From: Myxococcota bacterium
Lineage (GTDB): Bacteria > Myxococcota_A > Polyangia > Nannocystales > Nannocystaceae
DNA length: 64,000 nucleotides
Direction: 5' to 3'
Assembly: GCA_039028615.1 (NCBI GenBank)
Contig: JBCCHT010000046.1
Location: forward strand, 31,192 to 95,191
In this document: piece after piece, positions 62,186 through 64,000 of the stretch
How positions within the stretch are numbered: position 1 is the first letter of the stretch
How the letters are laid out: each line of letters begins with the position of its first letter
Translations under genes and position numbers: made by a program
Notes under the pieces: model-generated
Told to the model about the DNA's origin: nothing
The model's database searches: none
Seen by the model: only the letters and a program-made list of their open reading frames with translations

Positions 62186-63301
62186 ATGCCGACTTCCTCT
62201 CGTCTCATCCGTCCCTTCTCCGTCGTTCATCGCGTCTCGTTTTGGGGGTTCGCCGCAGCGTTGGCGAGCTCGGCGTGCGGTCCCAAGCCGCCGCCCCCCA
62301 AGCCCCCTGAGCCACCGCCCGTGGCTGAAGCGGAGCCCGAGCCGGAGCCCGAGCCGGAGCCCGAGCCGCCCAAGGTTCCCGAGGACGCCTTCTCCATCGG
62401 CACCTTCAATCTCGACTGGGCCTTCGATCCTCTCGAAGATCGCCGCCCCAAGTCCGCCCAGGAACACGTCGCCCCGGATGATGCCGCGTGGGAGTGGAAG
62501 CGCGATCAGATCGTCGACGTCCTCGTGGCCGAGAAGCTCGACATCGTCGTGCTGGTGGAGCTGGGAGGCGAGCGCGAGCTGACCGACATCACCACCTCGG
62601 TGCTGTCCAAGGAAGGCCACGACTACGGCTACGCGTGGCTGCCCTCCGAGGACAAACGCTCGGGCCAGCAAGTCGCCATCATCTCCCGCTTCCCCATCTC
62701 CAACGAGCGCCGCACCGACGCCTACCTCCCCAAGCACATCGTCGCCGACGTCGAGCTCCCCGGAGGAGAGATGATCACCGTCGTCGGCATGCACATGCAC
62801 GAGGGCAGCAACAAGGGCGCCGTGAAGAAGCGTGCCGAGATGGCCAAGTCCATCAAGCGCCGCGCCACCAAGGAACAAAAGAAGCGCCCCGTCATCATGC
62901 TGGGCACGGTGGGCGACAAGACGCTGCCCTACGACGACGACTACGCCGCCCACGCCACCGGAATCCTCTCGGGCGAGTCCAGCAAGAAGGGCAGCGACGA
63001 CTGCGAAGACTCCGGCGCCGAGAGCCTCGCTCAGGCCACCACCGCGGGCGAAGGCGAAGCCATGGATCGCATCTTCGTATGCGGCCTCGAAATGCGCGGC
63101 GCCGAGACTTCCTCGCGCGACAAGATCATCCGCGAAGAAGACGACCCCTCGGACACCCCCTGGCCCTCCGTCCCGATCGACGCCGAACCCCACCGCGACG
63201 TCAGCGATCACCTCATCCTATGGGCCGAAGTCGTCCTCCCCAAAAAGCCCGAACCCGAAGAGGGCGAGACCACCGAGGAAGCCGCAGCCGACGGCGGCTG
63301 A
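62186..63301 (+). CDS. Endonuclease/exonuclease/phosphatase-fold lipoprotein
   Basis: Lipobox SSAC; P/EP linker; IGTFNL, DIVVLVE, AIISRFPI, HMH, DRIF, SDH. Confidence 0.8.
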   Translation: MPTSSRLIRPFSVVHRVSFWGFAAALASSACGPKPPPPKPPEPPPVAEAEPEPEPEPEPEPPKVPEDAFSIGTFNLDWAFDPLEDRRPKSAQEHVAPDDAAWEWKRDQIVDVLVAEKLDIVVLVELGGERELTDITTSVLSKEGHDYGYAWLPSEDKRSGQQVAIISRFPISNERRTDAYLPKHIVADVELPGGEMITVVGMHMHEGSNKGAVKKRAEMAKSIKRRATKEQKKRPVIMLGTVGDKTLPYDDDYAAHATGILSGESSKKGSDDCEDSGAESLAQATTAGEGEAMDRIFVCGLEMRGAETSSRDKIIREEDDPSDTPWPSVPIDAEPHRDVSDHLILWAEVVLPKKPEPEEGETTEEAAADGG

Positions 63302-63385
63302 CCCCGTCTCCCCCTCCAACCGAAACCGGCCGTAGCTTTCCCAGCCACGGCCGTTTTCATTTTCGAATCCCGCCCCCGCCGCCCC

Positions 63386-63578
63386 GGCTCTCCAACCCTT
63401 CGGAAACCCCAAGCCCTTCGGCCAAGCGAAACCCCCCCGCCCCCGCAGCCGGGGCTCTCCAACCTTCGGAAACCCCGAGCCCCTTCGCCCAAGCGACCCC
63501 CCCCCCAAGCCCCCGCAGCGGGGCTCTCCAACCCTCGGAAACCCCGAGTCCTTCGCTCCAGCGAAACCCCCAAGCCCC
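63386..63578. repeat. Three imperfect C-rich tandem repeats of ~67-69 bp
   Basis: GGCTCTCCAACC(C)TTCGGAAACCCC..GCCCTTCG..CAAGCGA..CCCC units start at 63386, 63453 and 63522. Confidence 0.9.
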
Positions 63579-63861
63579 ATCGGAGAGCGCTGCGAAGATG
63601 GCCCTAGCGCCGAGCGGTCTGCGCCGCGTAGGCGGAAGGGGCCCCCGGTCGCGCGCAGGAGGCGACGACCCATCCCTCCAACCACTCCCTCCCATCAATT
63701 CGCCGACGAGCACGTCCGGGGGAGGCGTCCGCCGTCAACAGGCCGCAGACCGACCCCCCACCGAAGCCCAGCTCCCACTCTCCCCACAACCCTCGCCCGA
63801 TCCCCTCCGAGACCAGCCGCGAACCAATTCAACGCCGCCCGGACCGAAGCCAAACGCACCC

Positions 63862-64000
63862 TGGAATTACCCCGAATTAGTGGACACCGAGCCTACGCCG
63901 CGAGGGCGCTTTCCGTTTGGTATCGATGCTCGTACTCGACCGGGCTCAGATAGCCGTTGGCCGAGTGCCGTCGTGAATGGTTGTAGAACGCCTGGATGTA
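63862..64000 (-). mobile_element. IS3-family insertion sequence, right end (transposase C-terminus 63893-64000 plus inverted repeat)
   Basis: Minus frame reads YIQAFYNHSRRHSANGYLSPVEYEHRYQTESALAA*, the IS3 OrfB C-terminal YN..R.HS..GY.SP motif. Terminal TGGAATTACCCCGAATTAGTGGACA resembles IS3-family IRs. Confidence 0.88.

Noticed and set aside
63386..63578. CRISPR array (period ~68 bp)
   Set aside because: Whole units are homologous, so there are no unique spacers; the repeats are degenerate and no cas genes are present.

Overview
High-GC window that looks myxobacterial (inferred from the gliding-motility genes, a myxobacterial Cys-rich repeat and an ECF-kinase pair). It is mostly core genome. 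(1) 1-12.6 kb holds accessory genes: a TPR/wHTH regulator tail, LysR divergent from an SDR-alpha/beta-hydrolase fusion, an integrin-alpha-like 7x FG-GAP lipoprotein, a methyltransferase, a VOC protein, an amidohydrolase-NnrU-thioredoxin operon and a GNAT. (2) 12.7-19.6 kb is a rearranged ribosomal locus: rpsP is inverted and separated from khpA-rimM-trmD-rplS-yraN by a UshA-like tetraheme cytochrome and rimO. (3) 19.7-44.7 kb is a single ~25-kb Glt gliding cluster (cglC/gltK divergent, then gltC-gltD-gltE-gltF-gltG-TPR lipoprotein-giant gltI). It lacks recognisable gltA/gltB/gltH beta-barrel genes and has highly structured intergenic regions. (4) 44.8-63.3 kb holds a HEAT lipoprotein, a short hydantoinase-B-like gene, an FHA-GAF adenylate cyclase, a methyltransferase-like/coiled-coil protein, an ECF sigma + Ser/Thr kinase pair, tRNA-Leu(CAG), a HEAT-cyclophilin, a ThiD-like kinase and an EEP-fold lipoprotein. 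(5) The end carries a C-rich ~68-bp tandem repeat and one end of an IS3-family element. No CRISPR array, prophage or clear new defence system was seen. The best novelty candidates are the variant Glt architecture and several structured non-coding regions. All calls come from motif reading only; no database searches were run.
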